From positions 161,804 through 225,803 of the forward strand of contig JAFRNC010000009.1 in assembly GCA_017430365.1 (NCBI GenBank): a stretch of DNA of 64,000 nucleotides, in the 5' to 3' direction. Numbering within the stretch: position 1 is the first letter of the stretch; each line of letters opens with the position of its first letter. The notes beneath the pieces are model-generated. The model saw only the letters and a list, made by a program, of their open reading frames with translations, was not told the origin of the DNA and made no database searches. The position numbers and the translations under genes are program-made. Below, piece after piece: positions 53,119-61,592 of the stretch. The stretch is from Bacteroidales bacterium (lineage in GTDB: Bacteria > Bacteroidota > Bacteroidia > Bacteroidales > UBA932).

Positions 53119-53229
53119 CGCTGCAACGGACGCAACTGTCTTTCAGATACTTATGCAAAGTGATCCCCCTCAAAACGAGGGGGATCACTTTGCATAACAA
53201 CCTGATTCATAAGTGTGTCCGTTGCAGCG
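53119..53229. repeat. 111-nt nested palindromic intergenic element, copy D (longest inner stem)
   Basis: Runs CGCTGCAACGGACGCA ... TTATGCAAAGTGATCCCCCTC-AAAAC-GAGGGGGATCACTTTGCATAA ... TGTGTCCGTTGCAGCG. It sits between convergent genes. Confidence 0.9.
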
Positions 53230-53276
53230 CAAGAAATGCAGAGGGCGGAAGATGAGGGCGGAAGATGGGGGCGGAA

Positions 53277-54299
53277 TCAGCGAAGTTCGACTTCGGTGGG
53301 ACTCGTGATGCGGGACTTGATTCCGCAGGTGATGTCGAGGAGTGTGAGGACCTGCTGGAGCGATTCGCTGCGGAAACTGGCAGTGAAGGTGTTGTTCATC
53401 ACGCGGGCGTCGGCCACTGTGATGTCGACGCCGTACCAGCGCTCCATCTTCTTTATGACTTCGCGGATAGGCGTATTATCAAACACCAGGTAGCCGTCTT
53501 TCCACGAAGTGTTGAGACGCATGTCGGCAGCCTTTCGGGCAGGTTTCTCCAGTTTGGACGTAGCGCCGACGACCACTTCCTCCTTTTCTTTTACGATGAC
53601 CTCGGTATCGTTCTTTTCATCGAGAAGGGTTACTTTGCCGCGGACCAGGGTCAGTTTCAGCGCGGCGTCGTCGCTGTAGGTCGAGAGATTGAATTCGGTG
53701 CCGGTGACCTTTACCGTCACGCCCTTGCTCGTCCGCACGTACATCGGCCAGTCGGGATTTGTTTCGACCTTGAAGTAGCCCTCTCCTTCGAGTTCGACCA
53801 CCCGCTTGCCGTTTTCGAATCTGGCAGGCGTACGGAGAGTACTGGCGCTGTTGAGAATCACTTCGCTGCCGTCGGGCAGGGTGATCTTGCCCTTTACGCC
53901 GGGATTGACCTTATAGTTGAGGACGGATTCTCCCTGGACAAGTTCGGGAATGGCGATGAGTTTCTCGTTCTGGGCGGTCAGGCTCATCACTTGTTTGTTG
54001 AGGCGGGAATTGTCGTGCAGGACCCAGAGGAAAGCTCCGACGACAAAGACGGCGGCAGCGGCTGCGACGGCTCGCAGGAAACTGATCCTGCGCCGATGAG
54101 GCGCAATCGTTTCCAGCATCTGGGCGGTCGCGGCATGCGACGGTGCGGCGTCGGGCATGGAGTCGAAGACGAAATCCGCTTCGCGGCGCAGGAACTCTTC
54201 CTTGTTCTCGGGAGAATCCTGCACCCACGCGAGGACTTCGCGCCGCTCTGCCTCAGTGGCCGTGCCGGCGAAGTAGCTATGGAGTGTAGCCTCTTTCAT
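53277..54299 (-). CDS. FecR-family anti-sigma factor
   Basis: MKEATLHSYFAGTATEAERREVLAWV... N-terminus, TM segment AAAAAVFVVGAFLWVL, and FecR motif ITLPDGSEVILNSASTL. The track start at 54326 is an alternative. Confidence 0.85.
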   Translation of the reverse strand: MKEATLHSYFAGTATEAERREVLAWVQDSPENKEEFLRREADFVFDSMPDAAPSHAATAQMLETIAPHRRRISFLRAVAAAAAVFVVGAFLWVLHDNSRLNKQVMSLTAQNEKLIAIPELVQGESVLNYKVNPGVKGKITLPDGSEVILNSASTLRTPARFENGKRVVELEGEGYFKVETNPDWPMYVRTSKGVTVKVTGTEFNLSTYSDDAALKLTLVRGKVTLLDEKNDTEVIVKEKEEVVVGATSKLEKPARKAADMRLNTSWKDGYLVFDNTPIREVIKKMERWYGVDITVADARVMNNTFTASFRSESLQQVLTLLDITCGIKSRITSPTEVELR

Positions 54300-54344
54300 T
54301 TTACCACCAATAATACCGATATCCATATACTTCCCCTCAAAAAA

Positions 54345-54923
54345 TCATTTGAAAAGTGACAGTTTGTTGCGGAATTGCTTCAGGGCTTTCACCATGTTAT
54401 ACTCCACCTTCTTGACCGTAAGGCCGGTTGACTCCGCGATTTCCTCGTAGGTCATGTTCCCGTCGCGGTTCATCACGAAAATCCTGCGGGTGAGTTCGGG
54501 GAGTCTTTCGTATACAAGGTCGATAATCCGCTTCATGTCCATGGCATCGATTCGCGATATCACGTGTTCGCTGCTCAAACTCTCTATCGACAGGTTCACG
54601 GAATCCCTCTCCAGGGGATCTGTGAGCCTTGTCCGCAGGGAACTCAGGTGATTTAGAGCCTTGTTGCGGGCGATGGTGAAGAGGAATGAACGGATATTGC
54701 GCTGCGGATCGATGCGGTCGCGGTTGGTCCATAGCGAAGCGAAGGTCTCCTGCGCCAGGTCTTCGGATTCCGCTCCGTCGTGGACGTAGTGCCGGATGAA
54801 AAACTTGACGTTCTCATACTCCGCCTTGAACAGCACTTCGTAAGCCTCGGTGTCCGAAGCCTTGATGGCTTCTGAGAAGACCCTGAGGATTTCCCGGTCA
54901 CTGCTGTTGTAATACGGAGGCAT
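54345..54923 (-). CDS. ECF-type RNA polymerase sigma-70 factor
   Basis: 192 aa. Region 2 (EDLAQETFASLW) and region 4 (TYEEIAESTGLTVKKVEYNMVKAL). Confidence 0.85.
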   Translation of the reverse strand: MPPYYNSSDREILRVFSEAIKASDTEAYEVLFKAEYENVKFFIRHYVHDGAESEDLAQETFASLWTNRDRIDPQRNIRSFLFTIARNKALNHLSSLRTRLTDPLERDSVNLSIESLSSEHVISRIDAMDMKRIIDLVYERLPELTRRIFVMNRDGNMTYEEIAESTGLTVKKVEYNMVKALKQFRNKLSLFK

Positions 54924-54938
54924 GTAGGATAGATTGTC

Positions 54939-55883
54939 CTACAAAGATAAGATAAAATGGATAAAGCAGACGAGCAGCACCATCAGTATTTCAGCCAGGC
55001 GGTTGACGCGGACTGCGCGTTCCATGTCTTCTGTTGTCAGCGGGCGGGCGTGTTCGCCTATCCACGGTTTCCAGACCTCCTTGCCGAAATAGTTGTGCGG
55101 TCCTCCGAAGCGGCAGTCGAGTATTGCGGCAAGGGCGGCTTCCGGATGACCCGAATTGGGGCTCAGATGGAGCTGGCCGTTCTTGTGCACCCACGCGATC
55201 TTACCGGGTTTTCCGCCTGCGAGAAGCATCAGTAAGGCGGTCAGCCGCGCCGGAATCCATCCGGCCACGTCGTCAAGCCGGGCGGCGACGCGTCCGAACT
55301 CGAGATAGCGTTCGTTGCGGTAGCCTATCATGGAGTCGAGCGTATTGACCATCTTGTAGGCCATCATCCCCGGGACCCCGAGCAGGGCGAGCCAGAAGAG
55401 CGGGGCGATGACGCCGTCGTTGAGGTTTTCCGCCAGGGTTTCGAGGGCTGCGGTGCGGATCTCCTGGGCCGACAGCTCCGATGTGTCCCGTCCGACTATG
55501 CGCGCCACCTGCTTCCGTCCTTCTTCCAGGGATCGGTCCACGGCACGGAATACCTCACGGACTTCGCGGATGAGCGTGGTTCCCGCCAGGCAGAAGAAGA
55601 TAAGTACGGCTTCAGTGACCCATTGGAGCCATCGGCCCAGATGGATGGCTTCGCCTGCAAGCTTGAGGCCGCGGAGCAGGAAAAATGTCACGAGAAATGT
55701 ACCGGCTACCAGTGCGATGGTCATCCAGGCTCCTTTCCGGCGGCGGTTCTCACCTTTGTTCCAGCGTTTCTCTCCTGCAGCTATCAGTTTTCCGAAACCG
55801 ACGACAGGGTGGGGCAGCCCTGCCGGATCGCCCAGAAACAGGTCGGCCAGCCAGCCGGCCAGAAGGGTAAAGATACGGCTCAT
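54939..55883 (-). CDS. cbiB: Adenosylcobinamide-phosphate synthase
   Basis: 314 aa. MSRIFTLLAGWLADLFLGDPAGLPHPVVGFGKLI is a typical CbiB/CobD-family N-terminus. Confidence 0.85.
   Translation of the reverse strand: MSRIFTLLAGWLADLFLGDPAGLPHPVVGFGKLIAAGEKRWNKGENRRRKGAWMTIALVAGTFLVTFFLLRGLKLAGEAIHLGRWLQWVTEAVLIFFCLAGTTLIREVREVFRAVDRSLEEGRKQVARIVGRDTSELSAQEIRTAALETLAENLNDGVIAPLFWLALLGVPGMMAYKMVNTLDSMIGYRNERYLEFGRVAARLDDVAGWIPARLTALLMLLAGGKPGKIAWVHKNGQLHLSPNSGHPEAALAAILDCRFGGPHNYFGKEVWKPWIGEHARPLTTEDMERAVRVNRLAEILMVLLVCFIHFILSL
54942..54949 (-). promoter_or_regulatory. -7 promoter box (TATCTTTG) embedded in the last codons of cbiB, upstream of the ECF sigma gene
   Basis: Matches TAnnTTTG on the minus strand, 19 nt upstream of the ATG at 54923. 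Confidence 0.4.
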
Positions 55884-56986
55884 GCTGTCACCTCCTCCAG
55901 ATACCGGCTGATCGCCTCAATAAGCATATCGTTCTCTTCGGGAGTCTGGGTGGCAATCCTGAAACAACCTGCGTCGAGTCCTTCGAAATTCGAAGCGTCC
56001 CGGATCAGCAGCCCGTGCATATCGGCCAGCCATAGCTTGAGGTCGGCGGCGCTCCCTTTGGCAAGCCGGCAGAGGAAGAAATGCGTCTGAGTGGGCTCGG
56101 CAGTCAGGCCGGGCAGGGCATCGAGCGCTGCACGGAGCCGCTGCGTCTCGGCCAGCAGTGACGGCAGGTCGATAGGGGCGGTATCCGGATGTTCACAAAG
56201 ATAGAGTCCGGCCTCGATGGCAAGGGCATTGACAGACCAGGGCATCCGGACGGAGCGCAAGCGGTCGACCAGATTCGGGTCCCCCGTGACGTATCCCAGC
56301 CTTAAGCCGGGCATGGCGTAGCGCTTGGTCATGGAATGGAGCAGGATGACATTGGGATATGCCGCTGCTTCGGCTGTGCTGAACAGGGGCTCCCTGGTGA
56401 AGAATCCATAAGACTGGTCAATGACGTAGACGGTATCAGGATGTCCTTCGATTTCCGCCGCCAACTTTGCTTTAGGAACTACGCTTCCCGTCGGATTATT
56501 CGGATTGCAGAGCCAGATAAGGTCATGCCCGGCGTCGGACAGGCAGCCCTGAGGCGCGCAAGAACCTTTTTGGGGCCGATGGGGGCGCAGGGCCCCAAAA
56601 GAACCTTGTCGCTCCACCAGGCCATCCCGCGCCTGTCCGGCGCAGATTACGATATGGTTATAGATAGCACAGGCATCTGCGTATTCGCTGAATGTGGGGC
56701 CGAGGATGGCGCTGCGGCTGCCGGCGAAGGCATGGGCGGTGAGATAAATCGCCTCTGTGGCGCCGTTCGTGACGCACACGGAATCCGGGGCAATACCCAG
56801 ACGTCCGGCAAGGGCCCGCTCCAGGGAATAGGGCTCGGGTTCCGGGTAGCGGCCAATAGCATCCAGCCTAGTCGCCAGATGCCCCTTCAGCCGGGCAAGG
56901 TCTACATGGCCGAAAACATTGGAGCTGAAATTGGCCCTGATCGGGCGGCCGAACCGCCATGCGTCGTCTCCGTGTCCCTGGATCAT
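55880..56986 (-). CDS. cobD: L-threonine-O-3-phosphate decarboxylase (class I/II aminotransferase fold)
   Basis: The ATG at 56986 gives MIQGHGDDAWRFGRPIRANFSSN... Motifs LCNPNNPTG and HSMTKRYAMPGLRLGY. Length 368 aa. ATGA overlaps on both sides. The track start at 57208 is an unlikely extension. Confidence 0.8.
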   Translation of the reverse strand: MIQGHGDDAWRFGRPIRANFSSNVFGHVDLARLKGHLATRLDAIGRYPEPEPYSLERALAGRLGIAPDSVCVTNGATEAIYLTAHAFAGSRSAILGPTFSEYADACAIYNHIVICAGQARDGLVERQGSFGALRPHRPQKGSCAPQGCLSDAGHDLIWLCNPNNPTGSVVPKAKLAAEIEGHPDTVYVIDQSYGFFTREPLFSTAEAAAYPNVILLHSMTKRYAMPGLRLGYVTGDPNLVDRLRSVRMPWSVNALAIEAGLYLCEHPDTAPIDLPSLLAETQRLRAALDALPGLTAEPTQTHFFLCRLAKGSAADLKLWLADMHGLLIRDASNFEGLDAGCFRIATQTPEENDMLIEAISRYLEEVTA

Positions 56987-58488
56987 CGTTTCCCCAGCAG
57001 TATATCGTAAAGCAGCGGCACGTCCACGTACTTGCGGACGTGCGCGGCCAGTTTGTCGTATTGTTCTTCCTTGAAGGCGTGGTAATCGAAAGAAGCGGCT
57101 GCATCCGCCAGCTTTCCGCTGTGCGGAGCAAGCAGCCGGTCGATGAACGGAGTATTGTCGAGCAGGCCGTGGATGTAGCTGCCCATGCATTTCCCGTCGA
57201 TGAAGCAACCGTCGGTATGGCCGTCCTCCAAATTGTTCAGCGGCGTGAAGGCCGATCCTTCCACCGGCAGGGTCGTGCCCATGTGTATCTCATAGCCTTC
57301 CAGCGGGAAGCCGTCCGCGGTTCCGTCACTTGCCAGCGCGAACCGCACCTGCCGCGTCACTTTTTCCGGGAGCATCTCCGTAACCATCGGAAGCAGGCCG
57401 AGTCCCGGCATCGCTTCGATGGAGCCTTCCACATGGTGAGGGTCGCGTATCTGCACACCCATCATCTGGTAGCCGCCGCATATGCCCAGGACCGCAGCGC
57501 CTTCGCGACGGGCCCGCAGGATCGCCTGGGCGACTCCGTTGCGGCGCAGTTCATAGAGATCGTCCAGCGTGCTCTTGCTGCCGGGCAGGATGATGATGTC
57601 GGCCTTTGCCAGTTCTTCGACGTTGTTGCTGTAGAACAGATGTACCCTGGGGTCGCGCTCCAGTACGTTGAAGTCGGTGAAATTGCTGATGTGGCGCAGA
57701 AGCACCACGGCCACGTTGATCTTCCCCCTCTGCGCGGCTGCGGACTTGGCGGCCAGCGCCACGGAATCCTCCTCTTCAATGTGTATGTCGTGGTAGTAGG
57801 GAACTACGCCCAGCACGGGAATTCCACACAGATCCTCCAGCATCCTGCGCCCTTCTTCGAAAAGCCGCAGGTCGCCCCGGAACTTGTTGATGATTATGCC
57901 CTTTACATATTTCCGTTCCTCTGGCCTGAGCAGCATGACAGAGCCGTAGACACTCGCGAAAACCCCTCCCCGGTCGATGTCGCCCACCAGGATTATGTCT
58001 GCCCCGGCGTGCATTGCCATCGGGACATTCACCAGATCGGAATCGCGCAGATTGATTTCAGCGAGGCTTCCGGCCCCTTCCATGACGATGGGGTTATGAC
58101 GGGCGGCCAGCCTGTCGTAGGCGGCATACACAGCATCCCGGAGTTCTTCACGGCCATCCTTGCGGAAATAGTCGTAGGCGTCGCGGTTGCCGATGGGCTT
58201 GCCGTTCAGGACCACCTGCGAAGTATGGTCGCTCTGCGGTTTCAGCAGCAGCGGGTTCATGTCTGTATGGCATGGAACGCCCGCCGCCTCGGCCTGTACG
58301 GCCTGGGCCCGGCCTATCTCAAGCCCTTCCGGCGTCGCGAAAGAGTTGAGGGCCATGTTCTGCGCCTTGAACGGGGCGGGATCGTAGCCGTCCTGCCGGA
58401 AGATGCGGCAGAAAGCCGTGGCAATTATGCTCTTGCCGACGTCGCTGCCGGTTCCGGCAAACATTACAGGATGGAGTCGCTCTTTCAT
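56983..58488 (-). CDS. cobQ: Cobyric acid synthase
   Basis: 501 aa. MFAGTGSDVGKSIIATAFCRIF P-loop and C-terminal GATase part with GICGGYQMMG. Confidence 0.9.
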   Translation of the reverse strand: MKERLHPVMFAGTGSDVGKSIIATAFCRIFRQDGYDPAPFKAQNMALNSFATPEGLEIGRAQAVQAEAAGVPCHTDMNPLLLKPQSDHTSQVVLNGKPIGNRDAYDYFRKDGREELRDAVYAAYDRLAARHNPIVMEGAGSLAEINLRDSDLVNVPMAMHAGADIILVGDIDRGGVFASVYGSVMLLRPEERKYVKGIIINKFRGDLRLFEEGRRMLEDLCGIPVLGVVPYYHDIHIEEEDSVALAAKSAAAQRGKINVAVVLLRHISNFTDFNVLERDPRVHLFYSNNVEELAKADIIILPGSKSTLDDLYELRRNGVAQAILRARREGAAVLGICGGYQMMGVQIRDPHHVEGSIEAMPGLGLLPMVTEMLPEKVTRQVRFALASDGTADGFPLEGYEIHMGTTLPVEGSAFTPLNNLEDGHTDGCFIDGKCMGSYIHGLLDNTPFIDRLLAPHSGKLADAAASFDYHAFKEEQYDKLAAHVRKYVDVPLLYDILLGKR

Positions 58489-59072
58489 TTTTGGTTCTTA
58501 TATGCGAAGGACTTCCATTTTTCTTCCGGAAACTCCTGGCGTGCCAGTTCATGGCGTGCCATTACGAAAAGCAGGTCCGAAAGGCGGTTGATGTATTTGA
58601 GGATATCCTGCGGGACGGGGTCTTCGCGGTTGAGGGTCCATAGCTTCCTTTCGGCGCGGCGGCATACGGCGCGTGCCAGTTGCAGGTGCGCGGCGACCGG
58701 GGTGCCGCCGGGAAGCAGGAAGTGCAGGCCCGGGCCTATGCCTTCAGCCAGTGCGTCCATGGTCTCCTCGCACTCCGCGACAAGGTTTTCCGGAAGGGCG
58801 TTGGGATTTTGCTCCCTTTGGGCTGACGGCGTAGCCACCAGGCTCATCACAGTCATCAGGTTCTTCTGGATTTCATGAAGGACCTTGTCATAAGCGGCAG
58901 GTTCGGGCTCGGGACCCTGGGATATGAGCAGGCTGCGTACCACGCCGATCTGGCAGTTGAGTTCGTCCAGTGTGCCGTTGGCTTCGATCCTTATGTCGTC
59001 TTTGGCAACGCGGCCGCCTCCGTGGATACCGGTAGTTCCGCCGTCGCCTGTACGTGTATAGATTCGGTTCAT
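58485..59072 (-). CDS. PduO-type ATP:cob(I)alamin adenosyltransferase
   Basis: The ATG at 59072 gives MNRIYTRTGDGGTTGIHGGGRVAKDDIRIEANGTLDELN. Confidence 0.85.
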   Translation of the reverse strand: MNRIYTRTGDGGTTGIHGGGRVAKDDIRIEANGTLDELNCQIGVVRSLLISQGPEPEPAAYDKVLHEIQKNLMTVMSLVATPSAQREQNPNALPENLVAECEETMDALAEGIGPGLHFLLPGGTPVAAHLQLARAVCRRAERKLWTLNREDPVPQDILKYINRLSDLLFVMARHELARQEFPEEKWKSFAYKNQK

Positions 59073-59127
59073 CTTGCTGAAATGTCCGTATAACTTACAA
59101 ATATAATCAAAAATGGACATAGGCGCA

Positions 59128-59481
59128 TCACGGTCCCGGACGGGAGATGATATGGACCTTCCCTGACCGCGAGATGCGGTAGGCGTAGTTGTAGCACCAG
59201 AAATAGCGCTTTCCGGGGAAACGGCGGCTGCTTGCGGTGAAGAGACCGAAATTGAAGTCGCGGGCCGACAGTTCCGAGACGCTGACAGTGCTCCTGCCTT
59301 CCCTCATGCTGGCTGCGAGAATCCGCCAGTTGTTCGAAAGGATGCAGTTCACTTTCCGCAATTGTTTCTCCTCGCGCCGCCTGATCTCGTTGTGATAATC
59401 GCTGCGGCAGTCGTCACTGCAGAATTTCTTGTCCGCACGCCCGCAGATGGGCTTCCCGCATCTTATACAGTGTCTTTCCAT
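59128..59481 (-). CDS. Small Zn-ribbon protein, unknown function
   Basis: 117 aa. Four cysteines arranged CIRCGKPIC...KFCSDDC, followed by a basic helix. It lies 55 nt upstream of the pduO-type gene. Confidence 0.55.
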   Translation of the reverse strand: MERHCIRCGKPICGRADKKFCSDDCRSDYHNEIRRREEKQLRKVNCILSNNWRILAASMREGRSTVSVSELSARDFNFGLFTASSRRFPGKRYFWCYNYAYRISRSGKVHIISRPGP

Positions 59482-59498
59482 CGCCCCGCCCTTTTATG

Positions 59499-59506
59499 CA
59501 AATATA
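59499..59506 (-). promoter_or_regulatory. -7 promoter box (TATATTTG) for the Zn-ribbon / corrinoid salvage operon
   Basis: Matches TAnnTTTG on the minus strand, 18 nt upstream of the ATG at 59481. Confidence 0.45.
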
Positions 59507-59679
59507 ATCCCTGCCGCCTCCGAAAACAAATACGGACAGAAGATTTACTGATTCTCGGGAAAGCCGGTGAAAATCTGTCTTTTCCGAAACGTTTATATCC
59601 GTTTATAAACATTTGGAGTCTGGATTCCGCCTCTCCGGCTTTCCATATTTGCATCCGTAACCGGTAAAACAAATGCGTT

Positions 59680-60027
59680 ATGATTGAAACTGAATTTTTG
59701 AACCGAGTGGAACTTCGGGGGCGTGTGGGACACGATCCGAGGATTACGACCGTGGGAGACTCCCAGGTGGCGCGTTTCTCGCTCGCCACCAACGAAGCCT
59801 TCCGTGGAAAGAACGGCGACCTCCGCGAGGAGACGACATGGCACAACATCACCGCCTGGGCGGGGAAGAACGTCATGGACTTCAACGACGTACACAAGGG
59901 GACTTTCGTCTCACTTACGGGCAGGCTCCGGAGCACCCGTTTCACGGGCAGCGACGGTGTCGAGCGGAGCGTTTTCGAGATAGTGGCCAACCGCCTGGAA
60001 CCGTTTGTCCCGGCGGTGCGGGAGTGA
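59680..60027 (+). CDS. ssb: Short single-stranded DNA-binding protein (OB fold, no acidic tail)
   Basis: 115 aa. [32 protein letters not shown]...[11 protein letters not shown]-like OB-fold pattern. Confidence 0.75.
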   Translation: MIETEFLNRVELRGRVGHDPRITTVGDSQVARFSLATNEAFRGKNGDLREETTWHNITAWAGKNVMDFNDVHKGTFVSLTGRLRSTRFTGSDGVERSVFEIVANRLEPFVPAVRE

Positions 60028-60076
60028 TGGGCAGGGGGAAGCTCGGGCCGGAAGTCCATTTCTGTAAAAAAATGCC

Positions 60077-60084
60077 TATTTTTG
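60077..60084 (+). promoter_or_regulatory. -7 promoter box (TATTTTTG) for cysS
   Basis: Matches TAnnTTTG, 30 nt upstream of the ATG at 60114. Confidence 0.45.
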
Positions 60085-60113
60085 TTTTTTGTAACGAAAA
60101 TCCAGAAAAGGAA

Positions 60114-61589
60114 ATGGCCCGAGACTTCTTTATCTACAATACCCTTTCACATCGCAAGGAACTCTTCAAACCCGTACACCCCGGAATGGTGGGAATGTAT
60201 GTATGCGGACCGACGGTCTATGGCGACGCCCATCTCGGACATGCCCGTCCGGGCATCACATATGACGTGCTGTTCCGTCTTTTCCGCAACCTGGGTTACA
60301 AGGTGCGCTACGTCCGCAACATTACCGACGTGGGCCATCTGGAGAACGACGCGGATGCAGGGGAGGACAAGATCGCGAAGAAGGCCCGTCTCGAGCAGCT
60401 GGAACCGATGGAGGTCGTGCAGACCTATACGCTCCGCTATCACGATGCGATGCGCCGGCTGAATGTCCTGCCCCCGTCCATCGAACCCCGGGCTTCCGGC
60501 CATATCATCGAGCAGATAGCCCTGGTAAAGAAGATACTCGATGCGGGTTACGCCTACGAGAGCAACGGCTCCATCTACTTCGACGTCGCCAAGTATGACG
60601 AGGCTCACCACTACGGCATCCTCTCCGGACGCAATCTCGACGACACCCGGGAAGGGACCCGCAATCTTGACGGACAGGACGACAAACATTCGCCGCTCGA
60701 TTTCGCCCTATGGAAAAAGGCCTCCCCTGAGCACATCATGCACTGGCCTTCACCCTGGAGCGAAGGTTTCCCCGGATGGCACCTTGAGTGCTCGGCAATG
60801 AGCGAGAAGTATCTCGGCGAGGTGTTTGATATCCACGGCGGCGGAATGGACCTCATGTTCCCCCACCACGAATGCGAGCTGGCGCAGAACACCGCTTCCC
60901 GCGGCCAGGGCGGCGTCCATTACTGGATGCACAACAACATGATCACCATCAAGGGGCAGAAGATGGGCAAGTCGCTGGGCAATTTCATCACCCTCGACGA
61001 ACTCTTCACCGGCAACAACAAGGTGCTCGACCAGGCCTACAGCCCGATGACCATACGTTTCTTCATCCTGCAGGCACATTACCGCAGCCCGCTCGATTTC
61101 AGCAACGAAGCCCTCCAGGCGGCTGAGAAGGGTTACAAGAGAATGATGCAGGCGGCCAAGGATGTCCGCAGTCTCCCGACAGACGGAAGCGCTCCGGCCA
61201 ATGCTGAGATCGGAGGCCTTACCGACCGGGTCTATGATGCGCTTTGCGACGACCTCAATACTCCGATTGCCCTCTCGGTATTGTTCGATGCGGTCCGAAT
61301 CGTCAACAGCGTGAAAGACAAGTCCTTGAAGATCAACGCTGCAGACAGGGATACACTCGTCTCCCTCTTCACTGTCGTGCTGCAGGACGTGCTGGGCCTG
61401 CAAGACGAAACCACCGACTCCGCTTCAGGGAAGCTTGTCGATGGTTTGATAGGAATGATCGTCGAGGAGCGGAAACAGGCCAAGGCCAACAGGGACTGGG
61501 CCACAAGCGACCGCATCCGCGACGAACTCAAGGCTTTGGGCGTCCAGATCAAGGACACTAAGGACGGCTGCGAGTGGACGATAGAGTAG
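60114..61589 (+). CDS. cysS: Cysteine--tRNA ligase
   Basis: The ATG at 60114 gives [18 protein letters not shown]... HIGH motif [15 protein letters not shown] and KMSKS motif KMGKSLGN. The track start at 59838 overlaps ssb. Confidence 0.9.
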   Translation: MARDFFIYNTLSHRKELFKPVHPGMVGMYVCGPTVYGDAHLGHARPGITYDVLFRLFRNLGYKVRYVRNITDVGHLENDADAGEDKIAKKARLEQLEPMEVVQTYTLRYHDAMRRLNVLPPSIEPRASGHIIEQIALVKKILDAGYAYESNGSIYFDVAKYDEAHHYGILSGRNLDDTREGTRNLDGQDDKHSPLDFALWKKASPEHIMHWPSPWSEGFPGWHLECSAMSEKYLGEVFDIHGGGMDLMFPHHECELAQNTASRGQGGVHYWMHNNMITIKGQKMGKSLGNFITLDELFTGNNKVLDQAYSPMTIRFFILQAHYRSPLDFSNEALQAAEKGYKRMMQAAKDVRSLPTDGSAPANAEIGGLTDRVYDALCDDLNTPIALSVLFDAVRIVNSVKDKSLKINAADRDTLVSLFTVVLQDVLGLQDETTDSASGKLVDGLIGMIVEERKQAKANRDWATSDRIRDELKALGVQIKDTKDGCEWTIE

Positions 61590-61592
61590 TCT

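Noticed and set aside
56959-58878. 639-aa ORF on the + strand
   Set aside because: It is antisense to cobQ and the pduO-type gene. Both are unambiguous on the minus strand and are linked by ATGA overlaps.
59553-59580. Possible fourth cobalamin riboswitch (GGGAAAGCCGGTGAAAATC)
   Set aside because: Only the first conserved block is present. There is no CCCGC..ACTGT segment, no GCCACTG and no B12 box downstream. The downstream gene on that strand is ssb. I kept it only as an inverted-repeat observation.
59838-60113. N-terminal extension of cysS (track start 59838). Similar extensions: 39275 (dsbD), 25712 (uvrA-like), 57208 (cobD), 26074 (lrp), 23158, 30977 (asd), 59120.
   Set aside because: The extensions overlap neighbouring genes or repeats and translate to Arg/Pro/His-rich non-protein-like sequence. 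Internal ATGs give canonical N-termini or signal peptides, and often ATGA coupling.
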